DNA of 63,916 nt, filler included, from Lenisia limosa (GCA_001655205.1; 9 parts of 9 records of this genome joined end to end with filler, not necessarily neighbours in it), one strand, 5' to 3'. Shown: positions 37,106 through 51,760, counted from the whole stretch's first letter. Made by a program: numbers and translations. Notes: generated from the sequence alone by a model not told the origin.

Positions 37106-39314
37106 CTACTCCTCTGCCTCATCAGAGACCTCCTCAGCCTCGTCCTCTTCAACAGCCTCCTCAGGCTCGCCGATGATGACCTTGCCCTCCTCTGCCGCCT
37201 TCTTCTCCTTGTACTCCTTCAGGTCGATGGCGTACTTCGCTGCCAGCTTCTGCATGGGTTAGTCCGAAGCAAGACGATATGGGATGGAGGCGATGAACTG
37301 ACCTTGGCAACAAGCTCGAAGACAAGCTTCTCCTCCTTAGACAGGCCCCTCCACTTCTTGGCGCCTTCAGTCATGATGTACTTATTCTTGGCGGAAGCCT
37401 GGGGGTAAGAGAGTGAGGGGGGGGGNNNNNNNNNNNNNNNNNNNNNNNNNNNNNNNNNNNNNNNNNNNNNNNNNNNNNNNNNNNNNNNNNNNNNNNNNAC
37501 TGAATCTCCTCGGGGTGTTCACGAATGTGTCTAAGGTACACCATGTAGGAGGTCAGAGGGCGCTTGGGGGCATTGGGATCTAAGAGGTGAGCATCATAAA
37601 TAAAAAATCAAAGCAAGAGTGTTTGTGAGAGGCAGTTTGTCTTGGCGAACCTCTTTTCATGTTGGTGGATTCTGGTTTCTCTCCCTTCTTAGCAGTCTTC
37701 TTGGGACGGTAGTTGGGATACTTCTCCTACACCATCATCAATCTCATTATGAAAAGATGAAGCTGAGATGAGCTCATTATTCAAGCATTCCTCAAGCTCA
37801 TGTCGCACCTTGAACTCAGCCATGGCGATCTTGAAATCTTGTTGAGCCTTCGCAGCCATTTCGACGAAAGGCTTCTTCTCCTCGTCGGAAAGAGCCTTGT
37901 ACATCTCACAGCACTTGGTCATGACAAGCTGGGGTGTGAGAAACAATTCGACTCCGCTGACAATAGTGTACTGCACTTACAGTGTACTTGAAGGCGTCCC
38001 CGTGTTCGGCCTTAAGCTGCTCAGTGACCTGGGGTGTCAGAGATATTCCGTGTACTTAGTCATTAACATCATTGTGTTTATGTAGGATATTGATTGCGTA
38101 TTCAGCAGCTATACCCTGACATACCTCATTACGGATGCCATTACTGTAGAGGATGTGTGCAGACAGGCCACGTTTGGGGGGAGGGGGAATGTTGGCTTGG
38201 TCATCTTCCTCCGCTACAGAAGGGGGGAATTATGAAAGGCTAATCAGAAGATTAACAAAGAGAGTATATAAAAACATACCAGGGCGCTTGAGCTCATTGG
38301 TCTTGATCTAAACAGATGAGAAGTGCAAACAGAACAGAAACTTCGAAAGTAAATGACACTTCAATGGCCAACCCTGAAGGCGGCAATAGCCAGCTTGTAC
38401 TCCTCCTTCTTGGTCTTGATAATCTCTTCAATTTCCTGACAAATGAGGATCTTGCAGTTGACAACGATGATGGACACATTATTCTCCAACAAACCTCCTT
38501 CTGCTCTTCAGTCATTGTAACAACAAACTCCTTGGCAGCAGAGCGCTAAAAGGTAAGACAACTTAAATCCTGAATATTGTGTACTCAGGATAACAACCTC
38601 TGTTTCGCACCTTTTCAGCAGCTTTGCCTTCAAACTAAAGAGTAAGCAGAGTTTGTTTCTCACAGGAATTACAAATGTTTAACAAACCTTGTCGCTGTAC
38701 TTCTTCAGTACGACATCAAGGAATGATGGGCATTTCTTCGGCTTAGGGGCAACCTTCTCCTCGTTGTCTTCCTCCTTTTCGTCTTCCTTTTGCTTGACTT
38801 CATCTTCATCCTCAGTTTTCTCAGACTTGACTTCCTTCTTTTCCTTCTTGCGGGACTTCTTCTTCTCGGCAAGCTATGACAATTATTGCAAAATTGAGTT
38901 TGAATTGCAGGGTAGAAGGGGAAGGAGGTAGTTTCATTTCTTGGAACTGTGGGAAAGGCGCCAAAACCAACCTTGGCCTCTGCGTCAGCTATCTTCTTAG
39001 CATGCTTGGCTTTGAGGGTTTCAAGCTCTTCATCAAACTCCTTCCGCATCTCCTTCTTCTGTCACAGTGAACAACGATTCTATCATCATAACGCCAAGAA
39101 ACTCCAATTTTTATCCCTTCACAGACCTTAGAGCCGCTCAGCTTCTCAATCTGTTCCTTCATTTCATTCTCACGACTCTTGTAGTCGCCTTCAAGACGAG
39201 CAGTAAGCTTTTCAACCCTGAAAGAGGTGTAAAAACTTTCAAACGCATCATAAAAATGCAATTACAGTCAACGAAGTCAAAACAACATTGTTGCCAATCT
39301 TACTTTGAGGTCAT
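37106..39314 (-). CDS. Multi-HMG-box chromatin protein with acidic tail
   Basis: MTSK|VEKLTARLEGDYK..., a Lys/Glu-rich linker, HMG boxes (CCEMYKALSDEEKKPFVEMAAKAQQDFK; DPNAPKRPLTSYMVYL...KKWRGLSKEEKLVFE) and an acidic end EEDEAEEVSDEAEE*. Confidence 0.85.
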
Positions 39315-39576
39315 GATTCACTTATTGAACACGGTTGTGTACAAATATAGAAAGAAAAAAACAAATAACTAAGTGTTTTTCACATTTCTCAACAAAAGGC
39401 AGATTTCCCGGTACGGGGGCTGGTGCGCTCTTGTCCTCTTCTTTTCTCTTGCCTTTTTTTTATTAGTTTGGTCATAATTTATTTAAATCAATCACATTGT
39501 TCAATTTTCTAATCTTCTAGTCTTCTAGTTACTAAGGTAAGCAAATTAATTGAATGATTGTTCAGTCATCATTGCA

Positions 39577-40795
39577 ATGGTGGTATCAAGATCAAGTGCA
39601 GCAGAGATGGTACCCCTAACACAAGGACCTTCTAACATTGCCAAATTTGTGAATAAGGAAGACAGGTTGGTGGGATTCAAAATGGTTGGTGGTTTGACAA
39701 CTAGAAAGGAAGACGCACATTGGACAAATGTTGCACCAAAGGGGTCATCCGAACGCTACCCTTGCTCTGTTGTCTGGACACCAATTCCTGTCATCACGTG
39801 AGGGGTGCTATAGTACAGGGCAAGATGGGGTTGGAATGTGTTATCTATTCATCAAGACGTGAATTTGGGGATTTGAATCGCGAAAAAGTCTGGTTCGACA
39901 AGGATAACATAAAGGGGCAAGGTAAACATACTATTCGATTTTTCGAGAGTCTTACTCAATCAAGGTGGATTTTGCCTTTTGTTGGGCACATGGGAATCTG
40001 TAGTAGCGATGGAGTGATTCATGACTTTGCCGGCCCGTACTTTGTTTCCAACGATAATATGGCGTTTGGATGGCCAACAAGGTTTGTCCATGGTTATTGC
40101 CATCGACATTTGATAACAAGAAAAGTCTAGCAATGGCTTTTACTTTTCCCATACACTTCTTCATGTGCTCAGAGTTCTACGTTTAGACCCCCAGAAAGTG
40201 GCCTTTCGCCGACCGGGTGAAACTGGGATTGAGGCCTGGGACAGGGCCATTGCAGAGTGCAGCAATGCGTATGCTGAAGAAATGGTGGGGTTTTAGGTGT
40301 TAATGTGCTTTCCCCCATGTTACCATATGTAATTCTCACACTTTAGTACAACTTCTTCACGTGAGTTGAGGGCAGTCACACTGTTCCCAAAGGAGGGAGG
40401 AATGATCTATGTTGAGATGATTGTTATGAAGGCTCTCTCTGTCCTGATTCTGTAGTAATAACTGCCACTCCTTTGCTGCCTGTTGTCTCACTCGAATGCA
40501 GTATAATGAAAGCACAGGTAGGGTCAATAGAGCTACTTATGGAATATTTAGTTTTTTTTTTGTTTTTTTTTTACCTTCCAGGACATAACATGATAACTTT
40601 GGCATGGCGTTGCTTTTGGACACCTTTTGTTTCGTAAGGGGGCAATATTCCAAGAATAATCGACTCTCGATAAAATTTCAAAAATAAGTAAAATTTGCTT
40701 TTGACCTGTAACTGAACAGGTTCCCTCGATTTTTGAAGACTGTCATCCCCTTTCTGTTTTTTCTATTTATCCTTTTCTTCGTCATCAACAGGTAG
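39577..40795 (+). CDS. TMEM222: TMEM222/RTE1 (DUF778) membrane protein
   Basis: [15 protein letters not shown]|[50 protein letters not shown]. Confidence 0.92.
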
Positions 40796-41087
40796 GCATA
40801 GATGACTGAAGTTGTATAGTATGGTGTATAGTATGGTGTTGGAATGTACAATACTTGATAGATTTACTATGTATTTTTTTCCTCAAGTCCTGTGATAATA
40901 CAATGCATCTTAACCATAAAACACCAAAAGAACGGCACTTCAGCGTTCCTTCAACCCCAATTTACTCCTGAATTGTCTGGATCAAACGTGACTCTTCATC
41001 AGGCTCAGCAATGTAACTAGTGTTATAAGAGATGAATCAATAAAGTCAAAAATCAATCCTCGTAACATCAGAAAACACCAACGCCAC

Positions 41088-44000
41088 TCACTCGCCATCC
41101 TCAAAGTTGTGATGAATTGGTTGGTGCTTCTTGGCAAGAGCACACGCCACCGTAGCGAAGAGCAGGAACATAATGGCTGTCAGGACAGCGAAGAGGTCTC
41201 GTGAAGACTGCGCGTTCTCCTTATCCGTCCTGACGTGTTAGGTCCGTTAGAACAGCCAAAGTCGTGATTAAAGATGGTTCAGCATATAGGATTATGATCA
41301 AGAGTTCTGTAGCCCTTATGAACAGCAGCGAAAAACAACAGTCGTAAGCCTCACTGTGTTCGAAGGAGCTCAGCCTCAAGGTCAAATAAGTTCTCAGCCT
41401 GGCATGTCATGTTGTTGAAAATAAACCTAAAGAATAAGTTGAACATGTTAAGTCAAAATGATATCGTCTACATAAAGGTTGTTACTGGAGAACTCTTCTC
41501 CACCAACCCTGTGTGACATTGACAAACGTTGTCGTTGCAGAAACTGTCACCAGCACATTTGCACAGGTCATTTCTGAATAGTTAGACGAGGGACAATAAA
41601 GCATAGAGGATGCTATATCAAACTGCGAAATATTTGAGCAGAAGAGGCCGCAATCCCAAGCTTACGATGAAAAGAAGTAGGTATCAACGTTGTGCGTGGT
41701 GGTGATGAGTGCCAAAGAATGACCGTCGATACTTGCCACTGCAGACACCGATGAGGCTGGAGTGGACACTGGAGAAGCAGTTCGCGACACACTGTCAATC
41801 TAAACCGGTCATTCAAGCGTTCACATGACTCAAAGCTACTCCACATAGTGCGATATTCTGATATGAAATGTGAACCAAGTTTGAAATTCCTGAATAAAGG
41901 AATTCAATTTATCAAATGTTCTGCGATCTTTTATTCACTCACACACATGTTTGAAGTTAAGATGAACTCACTACATACACACATAGTAGAAAGTACAATA
42001 ATACGTAGCATATGTTTTGTTATGATATGTGTCAACAAGAAGTATCCAGCAGAAGCTGTAACCATCACGTTTTGAGGGTTTTATAGTCTGATAATGCGTT
42101 ATTATTTAACGCAACATACTGTGTAGAGATCGCCATTGGCAAGTACGAGCACAATGTGGTCACCAAGGGGAGCCATTGAAACGGGTCGGACAGACTCTGT
42201 TTTGTCAGAGTGTAGACAAACGTCATTATTGATGATTTATTTCTTCAAAAATTTGGTTATTCTCATCAAGGTATCGATAATTGGCGTTTTGTTGAAGCGG
42301 AGCAAAACACGTAAACAAACCTGGGAAAAGCGTGTTGATACCTCTGTCAATGATTGTTGGAGGTTCATCCTGAACAGTGTGAATCTAAAGAAGCCAAAAT
42401 AGGAATGGCGTGAAAAGGACGAGTATCGCACCTCAACGTAAAGAATGTCAGCGAAAAGAACGTTAGTGCGTCTATGGTTGTACTCATCACGGCCGTAAAC
42501 AGAAGCAACAAAGCGAAGGGAGTCAACAGGGCCTGCGGAAGGACGCGCTGTCTGCAACGTCACATCGGAAGTGAAAATAGTCAATAAAGATTCCTACCAC
42601 ATAAGGGTTAAGTCAAGATTCCTACCACGTAAGGGTCAATGTCTTGCCAAAGAGTGGACATCCAGGATGTGAGAGCCATAGGGATGGAGGCTCTCACCCG
42701 GTGGCCGTCTTCTTCCATTTCCAATAGTGTCACTGGGGGGTCAGAGGGTTTCAAACAATAAAATATTCATAAAACATTTTAATCCCATTTAAAAAACGTC
42801 ATTATGCTCCCCCCCCCTCACCTGAACCTGCCACATTGACCATGACAAACACACTGCGGATAGAAGGGCTGAGACTGCGAACTGGGATAACTCCCACCGT
42901 GCCTTCAACATAGCTTGTTTCCTAGGTATGAACATCCAAGAAGAGCAGAGAATCATTAAAACATGGCTTATTCACAATTCAAAAAGCAGTCAATCTGCCA
43001 CGAACCTTTTGCCAAACGACTTCGATTTTGACGTTCTCGGACCAGTATTTGTCCATTTTGGACACGGCAATAATGCCGGGGTATGGTTGGGTTTGGAGTC
43101 CTCCAGGAGTGTAACTAGGATACACACGGGGGTTTAATAAACCTGGAGGGGGGGGGGTTACTTTTATTTGACGAAATAAAAATTTCATTTCCTATGCCAA
43201 GTTTCTCAAATCTGCAGACCAGTGAGAAGGAGACGATCACCCAGAGAAAATCCACTGTGGACAGCAAGACCTGGAATCTCAAGACCGAAGATGTCTGAAA
43301 TGGTCATGAAATTGGATGTAAAGTCGAATATTATCATTTCTTGAGGTGCTATCACGTACCATTCTGGTTGATGATGGAGACATGGCACCCCAGGAATGGG
43401 GAGGAGTAGAGTCCTCCAGGATTATGACGACCAATAATAGCCTAAATAATCAACAAAGTACCATGTATTTAAGTTTGGGTGAAATTTGATAACATTACAA
43501 GAGTAGTCCGCAAAGAGAGCGATTGTCTTGACCCTTTGAAGAGAACCCATAATATGAATGGAATAATAAGCCCCTCACCGTCTCGCCAGTAGCCAGCCGG
43601 AAGCCTGATACCCCGCCTGTCGATAAGCTGTGGGGGATTATGACGAAAGGGAAATATTAGAGGAAGAATGCTCATGAGAAATATATATGATATATATAAA
43701 TAAAACACGAAGAAAAACATGTAAGCAAAGACATTGTGTAGGTAAATAAGCTCCAGGGAAACGCTGTTTTCCAACCAAATAATTAGATAACATCACCAAC
43801 CTGGCCGGAGCTGAAACTCCTTCTTTGTTCTTTTTAATCTGGAAAAGTGAAGGAAAACAGAAAATATGTTACAAGTGAGATTCAGAGGAAGGAACAATAT
43901 TTCCATGAGAGGCCTACCACTCCAGTAACGCATTCAGGTCCTTGAGTTAAAACGTAGACTGATTTATCTTTAGTAGCAACAGCACCTGTTGGAGTACAGC

Positions 44001-44088
44001 CAATCACATCATCAGAGCCTTTGAAAGAAGTGTCTTGCACCGCCTGCGCCAAGAATAGACACAAACACAACAATAAATAGCGAATCAT
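41088..44088 (-). CDS. Type I surface protein: signal peptide, EGF-like Cys module, single TM
   Basis: MIRYLLLCLCLFLAQA...; DLCKCAGDSFCNDNVCQCHTG|FIFNNMTCQ; LFAVLTAIMFLLFATVACALA TM; stop 41088-41090. Confidence 0.65.
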
Positions 44089-44426
44089 CTTATTTAGGCG
44101 AGAAATTGAGAAATCCAAATTTTCACATTTAAAGGGGTCCATCCAGAGATCTCTCATTGCTTTTGTCCGTGCAATATGCTGCTTTTTCTTTCTTTCTTCT
44201 TTATATCGTTCATAATATAATAAATAATATTGTTTTAATAATATAAAAAGCGAATTAGCAAAACAGGATCTTCTTCACTTTCACAAGCAGAAATTGTATG
44301 GTTTGGTAGATATAGCAATGAGGAGTTTTTTTTTTATGAGCTCATTATGGGTAATTAAACCATGATTTACTTACATTTCCCCCTCCCCCCATTCCATTTT
44401 CTTTTTTGATTCGCTTACCGTCAAAG

Positions 44427-45993
44427 ATGCCAGTCTATTTCAGGGCAGTGGAGTTCTTCTCAGGAATAGGAGGCATGGTTGGGAGAGGGGGGGGGGTTGT
44501 CATGTATACATTAAGGGGCTACGTGAGTATTGGTGGTCTGGGTAGTGACTTCATCAGAGAACTTTCGTTACCATTTTGACAACATGGCTGCTTCCTTTGA
44601 CAAGTTGTAGCATTATGCCTTCAAGAAAGCCGGAATTAATGGTGAAATCTGCAATGCTGTGGACATTAACCAGATCGCAAATGAAGTCTATGAGAAAAAT
44701 CATGGTGGGTGCTGCTACTAACAAGATGAAGTGCAGTACCATCAAAGGCCATTCACTCATTTACAAAACAGGAATTAAGCCGATAAATAAGGATATTAGT
44801 TCCATGAGTCCCGAGGAGATTGTTAAGTTGGCATCCCACCCATTCAAAAGGAAATGTTGGTGTGAACCATGTTGAGAACATTTGTTTGACGATTTAGTTG
44901 AGATCAATGACGAGTTTGAGCAGATGGAATGGGACTATTCGCCGATTATGTGGCTTTTGTCCCCCCCTTGTCCTCCGTATTCCAGACTTGGTTAGCTAAG
45001 GAATACAAAGGGGGACACCTGAGATGTTGCCATTTTAATATTGAAATTTTGAATCTTTACAGAATGTGGTGGAACATTAACTTATTTTTGAATATTGCAT
45101 ATAATAGTATTACACCAGGTGAAGCTCTATAAACATCTATGTATTCATGCAATAAGTTGTCTATCTATGGCTTCTTTGTTACCAGTTAGGAAACCAAAAA
45201 GGTGCCGAAGACGCTCGAGCTGACTCTTTTCTACATCTCATAGAGTCCCTCCCGAAAATGAGGTACCAACCATCTGTCATGCTTGTTGAGAACGTGGTTG
45301 GCTTTGAGAAGAGCGAAACCCGAACGAAACTTGCAACAATGCTCCACGCTAATGGGTGGGGGCTGTCGTAGTAATTATTTGGAACCTGCAGCTACAGATT
45401 ACAGTTTATAGACTGAATCTTTGGAACCCTAATTCTCCAGGTATAATTTCTGTGAGTTTGTTTTGTCTCCTGATGTCTTCGGTTTTCCCAATTCACGCTC
45501 TCGCTATTTCCTTATGGCAACAACCCAAAAACTGAGAACCCCATTCTACACCCCTTCCAAGCCCAAAGGTGGGGTTTAAATTTGTTTTTGATCAGGAGAA
45601 AAAGAAACTCACCTTAATGGAAGGATAAGTCCAGAAACGTTATGCACGGAAGCATAATTGTATGACTTCAGTAATTCACAACTTTTAACTGTGATAGAAT
45701 ACACTTTTTTAACTACCTAGAGGATGGCACGCGAACTTTGGCTCCTTTCACACCCCATGACTTCATCCCCCGCGTCAGGTTTGTGGGGCAGAGTGCACCT
45801 TTGCTATATCATACATGTAACTTTGAAGGCTTCATCTGATATTCCAGCTTCACCCCTGAGCAACTCATTGGAGACAAAAGGGCGCAGAAAGCTCTTGAGA
45901 TTCTACCACGTATCCGCCCCGTTCCGGAGGACGACTCCCTTGACCCCCGCAGGTTGACAGAACCTCCAACTGCTGAGCTCGTGAGAAGATATA
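44427..45993 (+). CDS. TRDMT1: DNMT2 tRNA (cytosine-38)-C5 methyltransferase, 3'-partial
   Basis: RAVEFFSGIGGM|HYA (I), AVDINQIANEVY (II), SPPCPPYSRL (IV), ARADSFLHL, LVENVVGFEKS (VI), LSPDVFGFPNSRSRYFLMA (VIII). DNMT2 layout. Confidence 0.88.
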
Positions 45994-46293
45994 NNNNNNN
46001 NNNNNNNNNNNNNNNNNNNNNNNNNNNNNNNNNNNNNTTAATTAATTAANNNNNNNNNNNNNNNNNNNNNNNNNNNNNNNNNNNNNNNNNNNNTATTTCT
46101 CATTGCTATTACATATGTAGATATATCTAGGGCTTCCCTGTCCCAAAAAAAAGGCAGAATTTCTCGATAAACCCTCGATAAATATCGATATTTCATCGGT
46201 CATTGTAGGAAGCCCTAAATATCGTAGAAGTTCCATATTCTCACCATTAATGCTGGTACTGCAACCTTCAGTCTTTCCCTTCCTTACCCCCAG

Positions 46294-46903
46294 GTATTTT
46301 GCTCAACGCTGTTCTCACCAACCTGAGATTCACCCTCGACTCTGAACTTCAGAAGGTATGTAATTTGGGCCAAAATATTTTGTTTGGAGTTGTTTTTATT
46401 AGGTTTTAGTAATGTATTCACCAGGCTGGCTCGGGCTTATTTTTGTTTTTGTGTTTTTGTCATCTGGCTTTCGTCTAGTTTTCGCGTTGTTTGCTCGTGT
46501 TTGTTATTGCTTGTTTATTTTGTTTGGAGTTTCAGATTATTCGGTTCGTGATTAGTACCTTCACGATTCTTCATCGAGATTTCCTTCGTTTTACTCCCCC
46601 CCCCCCCCCNNNNNNNNNNNNNNNNNNNNNNNNNNNNNNNNNNNNNNNNNNNNNNNNNGCTCGGCATCTGTGTCGGCTGCATCATGTACAAGTACTTCTT
46701 CATTGCTCGGTAAGTCCGGGCCGGGGACATTTCGGCTTGTCAAAAATGGGGTGGCATTTTGGACTCTCCCCTATTTCAGTTAAACTTCTTTTTTTTGTCT
46801 CACCGTTTTAGCGACAAATACCATTTGTCCGACTGCAAGGCCAAGCTCATTCCTGCGCCCGGCCCGGCTAAGAAGTCCAGCAACCCCGTCCGTGACACGT
46901 AGG
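46294..46903 (+). CDS. 3' exons of an unidentified membrane protein
   Basis: ILLNAVLTNLRFTLDSELQK|...LGICVGCIMYKYFFIAR|DKYHLSDCKAKLIPAPGPAKKSSNPVRDT*. Confidence 0.45.
46430..46609 (+). repeat. Intron 3'-end repeat family R3 (long form), representative copy
   Basis: GTCATCTGG...GTTATTGCTTG...GGAGTTTCAGATTATTCGGTTCGTGATTAGTACC...TTCTTCATCGA(A/G)ATTTCCTTCGTTTTAC+C-tract. Near-identical copies at 54340-54535(+) and 63718-63890(-), partial at 4820-4900; short form at 5008-5073, 23385-23467, 54725-54783, 57300-57397 and others. Confidence 0.8.
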
Positions 46904-47759
46904 CGGCAAAATGGATTCGTCATCGTTGTTATTAGGGCCTCATTTCGGTTCAAAAAAGACAATAATACTAAATAGTTTTCAAGGATTTATCGAGAAATTC
47001 AGTCTTTTTTCGAACCGAAGTGAAGCCCTAGNNNNNNNNNNAGAAGAAGAAGGAAGAAGAGCGTCTGAAGAGACAAGGTATATATCTGGGGTATACATTG
47101 CTGGAATTTACTATTGTGCCCATTTTTAATGTAACTGCTTTTTTAGCTCGGAAAGAAGAAATACAAAAGAAAAAGGAGGAGCAGCGCGTCAATACTATTG
47201 GTAGGATTTCCAAAAAAATCCAATTTTGAGGATGAGTGTCAGGATTTTCATTACATCAATTGATTATTTAGCTCAGAGAGCTGAAAAAAAGACAGAAAAA
47301 GAGAATGCCAAGATACTTGGTAAGAGCTACTTATATCGGGTTTTACTTACTCTACTTAGCTCGCAAAACGGAAACCCCAGCTAAACAATCCAACAAAAAA
47401 GGTTTCTCATATTGATGAAAAATTTATCTCTTTTATGTATACTAGATTTAACTATTTTAGGCCGTCGCTCTCGAAAATAGCTTTTTGATTGCATTGTTTC
47501 CCTTGTTATGTTTTTTAAATACATTTTTCACTTATCATTTATCGCCTCTAAGCTTAACAAATAGATAATAAGAGGAACTAGATGATACGTATTTTAGAAA
47601 TACAATTTTCAAAAATTGGGCCCCTTTATATTCACTTGGGCCCCTTTTTATGCACTGGGCCCCTTTTTATGCACTGACCTATTTATCAAGGATTTATCGA
47701 AAACTCAGTCTTTGTTTTTGGACCGAGAGTGAAACTCTACCTTAAACGCATTGAACTAG

Positions 47760-50700
47760 GTTACCCACCTTCAAATCCGCTTGGTGCAGCTCACGAGCCA
47801 ACTCTAAGAAAGTGAGCAAACAACCTCCGAAGAAAAAAAAACTGTACTACATCTTTATTTTTTTGTTTTACACACAAATAAACCCCTCCAAAGAAGTCCG
47901 AACACACTCACCAAGGTCGTTCCGGGCTTGTTCGAGCTGTTTTTGGGACTTGAGATTGGCATCCTCAAGGGTCGCCACCGTAATACTGCACAGAGTGAAT
48001 ATTTGATATTGATTGGAAGAGGAAGTGGGGTGTTTAGGGCTATTTAATGGGGTATCAAGAAACGACAATCAGAAAAGGTACAAGTGCTGGAAATTAAAGG
48101 CAGATGGGTGGTGTAAAAAGATAAAAAAAATCAAAATCAAAACTAGAAAAAGTACTCAGCTGACAAACTTGGTTCTTTTTAGAATCCTAGTGAAGCCCCT
48201 CGTACCTTGCTTTATCCAAACGGTCATCAATAGTTGGCTGTTCATTCTTTTCAGACTCCTGAACAATTACAAGATTATATTTAGGGCTTCAATTCGGTTC
48301 GAAAAAAAAAACTACAGTTCTCGATAAATCCTAGAAAACTATCGATACTTTCCCGAACCAAAGTGAAGCCTTATTGATATTGTCACAAACATAATGAGAT
48401 TTTCCCAATCTGTTATTAATCCTTCTTCGTGTGCCACATTGCTTACCAATTCATGAACACGCGAAAGGGCAAAATCTAGCTCAGTCTTCAACTGTGCTAC
48501 TTCTTCCTGTTGGGTCAGGATGGAAGAAATGAAATTCATGAAATAATCAACATATATATCTCTATTGTTCTCTCAAAATCAAGATACACATTCAGAATAA
48601 CTTATATTTCCCAATATTTTTGATTTTTATTTGAGGATATTCTCTTTCGGTTGAGAAAAAAGACGTTGAAATAGCAGATATCCCCCAAACAGAGTTGTCA
48701 TTCAGGGGGGAAAGGACACCGGGGGGAGGCATGGTCCAGGCTTTCATGGGGAGTTCCTAGTGCTTGAGTCGTGTAGGCTTCATTTCGGTTCGAATAATAC
48801 CGATAAAATATCGATAGTTTTCAAGGATTTATCGAGAAATTCAGTCTTTTTTCGAACCGAAGTGAAGCCCTAGTCGTAGAAAAAGACGACGACGGCTTTC
48901 GGTAAATCCTCGACATACAATGTATATCGATAGTATTCCAAGTGAATCCCCTTATTACATCTTGAGCACACCAAGCTCCAAGAAAAATAATACGCTGTGA
49001 CACCAATTAAAAAAAGCACACATACCATTGCAACATATTTAAAAAATCCTCAATAGTTAATCTATACATACATACGTATTGAATGTATTCGAGACATTAG
49101 ATATTAAATCTCTAATCTGGTGGAAAAAATATTTAAAAAATGAAAAAATGTCTGTGTTAAAAACGTGTGTGCCGCGGGTAATGATTCCATAGTATCATCA
49201 ACCCTTGGACAATTATGGCTGTATGTACCAGAGTATCATCAACCCTTGGACAATTATGGCTGTATGTACCATGTATCACATTCATATACTAGCAGTATTA
49301 TGTATGATAATTAGGCTTCACTACGGTACGAAATAGTTCAGCAAAATATCGATAATTATCCATAATTTCTACAGAAATTCGGTTTCTGGACCAGTGATGC
49401 CCATATGATACTCAATAAGCCAACCTGGGGTACCGGAGGCGCAGGCCAGGGCTGATCCTCATTGGCGGACAGGACCAGTGCCAAACGGAGCTCTTCTGNN
49501 NNNNNNNNNNNNNNNNNNNNNNNNNNNNNNNNNNNNNNNNNNNNNNNNNNNNNNNNNNNNNNNNNNNNNNNNNNNNNNNNNNNNNNNNNNNNNNNNNNNN
49601 NNNNNNNNNNNNNNNNNNNNNNNNNNNNNNNNNNNNNNNNNNNNNNNNNNNNNNNNNNNNNNNNNNNNNNNNNNNNNNNNNNNNNNNNNNNNNNNNNNNN
49701 NNNNNNNNNNNNNNNNNNNNNNNNNNNNNNNNNNACACACAAAATAATCACATAGCATTCTTTGTACTACCCAACTTAAAAACACCCACTGATACTCCAA
49801 TTTAGTGTCCTTCGTATCCTCTCCCCTCCAACCACTCCTTATTGTCCTTTCTCCAGGTCCTTAGTTCCTCTACCCCATCCCCCCAGCTACCTTATTTTCC
49901 TCGGCCCTCAAGGCGGCTACGGCGGCGTCAGCTCTTCCTGNNNNNNNNNNNNNNNNNNNNNNNNNNNNNNNNNNNNNNNNNNNNNNNNNNNNNNNNNNNN
50001 NNNNNNNNNNNNNNNNNNNNNNNNNNNNNNNNNNNNNNNNNNNNNNNNNNNNNNNNNNTCTGACTCTGGAATGTCAGGAAAATGATGCCCCATTCCTCTA
50101 TATAAACGGAATTTATTTTATTTGGACGGATTCTAAAATGCAAGAAATTGACTTTATCCTTATCCAAAAAACTGAAGGCTTGCCATTCTGAAAAGTAATA
50201 TTGTGCTTAGTGTATAATATAACTCTTCTAGCGTGATGTTGTGGACGGCTTCGGCCAGATAAAACTGTCTCATCTCTATATACTCTGAACACTGATACTC
50301 CCTCGACTATATGCTATCGTCAATATCCATTATAAGTAGGGCTTCACTTCGGTTAGAAAAAAAGAATGGTGTTTCGATAAATTCTCGAAAACTATATTTT
50401 ATCGGTCTTTTTCTTACCAAAATGAAGCCCTAATTATAAGCGCCTGCCGAATACACTTATTAATATCTCTTATAAATGATGGTGTGGTGGAGCTACGCAT
50501 ACCAGTACGTTTATAGGCATATAAATATTAATACAAGTATCAAGCCAAAGTTTTGCGCACCATCACGACAAAATGGATATCATATCAGTTTTTGGATCAT
50601 TTTCACACGTGTGAACTATCTTTTTCCACGCAGTGATATGATACCTCATATCCACTCGTATGATAATTAACCGAGAAGTCTCAATGATACTCTGATACAC

Positions 50701-51760
50701 TCCACTCGGATGAAACCTCGTGCTATCTTCGTTCATCATTTCGACTCAAAATTCGGCCAAATGATCATATCACTAGTGGATATGGGTTGCACTTTAGGTA
50801 TCCCCATTACCAGCAGCAGCAGTTTGAGTTGCTAAAAGAGACTCCAATTCAGCGATACGCAGCTTGGCCTTATTAAGATCCTGAAAAAGTAAAATGAAGA
50901 TGTAAAAATATCATACTAATATACATACATACATGTATATTATGAAGAGATTCAGTCTTCAGGGGGTTCACAGGTAACAACCTTTCATTGAGAACTATCT
51001 CTCTCTTATAATGACACGGTAAGCGTAATTCACCCCTTAAACAATGGCAAAATTATCCTCTCACTGCAGTAACAGATTCCGAGGGAGAAATAACGGAACA
51101 CTTTGCCTATGAAATGAGAAAACCATCGACTTTCAATGATAATAATGATGGTGATGGTGATGGTGATGGTGATGGTGATGGTGATGGTGATGGTGATGGT
51201 GATGGTGATAGTGGTAATGATGATATGATAAGAATGAATAATAATAATAATAATAGAAAAGTGTTAATGATGGTGATGCTGATGATGACAACCCCTCCAC
51301 AGTAAACAAATCTTCGTTGACTTTGGCAAGTTCTGTTTTGAGGAGAGCGATTTCCTCCTGACTGCTTTGCTTGCTGGAGCCATGAATAAAACCGTGAACA
51401 AAATTGCTGAAAAGAGAATATATTAAATACAATCTAGGGATACGAAATAACACAGAGGGATGCCGAAAGGGAGAGAAGATGTGAAGATTTTGAAAGGAGA
51501 AAAGATATAANNNNNNNNNNAGTTGGTAATGGTGATGGTGATGGTGATGGTGATGGTGATGGTAATGGTAATGGTGATAGTGGTAATGATGATATGATAA
51601 GAATAAATAATAATAATAATAATAGAAAAGTGTTAATGATGGTGATGCTGATGATGACAACCCCTCCACAGTAAACAAATCTTCGTTGACTTTGGCAAGT
51701 TCTGTTTTGAGGAGAGCGATTTCCTCCTGACTGCATTGCTTGCTGGAGCCATGAATAAGA
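47760..51760 (-). CDS. Scattered exons of a coiled-coil protein, incomplete model
   Basis: QEEIALLKTELAKVNEDLFTVE (twice), DLNKAKLRIAELESLLATQTAAA, GRADAAVAALRAEENK, EELRLALVLSANEDQ, EEVAQLKTELDFALSRVHEL, VATLEDANLKSQKQLEQARNDL. Confidence 0.5.

Noticed and set aside
47042-47481. Lys/Glu-rich plus-strand exons (KKKEEERLKRQ...GRRSRK*)
   Set aside because: Probably the 3' end of a gene, but too fragmentary and gap-bounded to assign; not listed as a feature.
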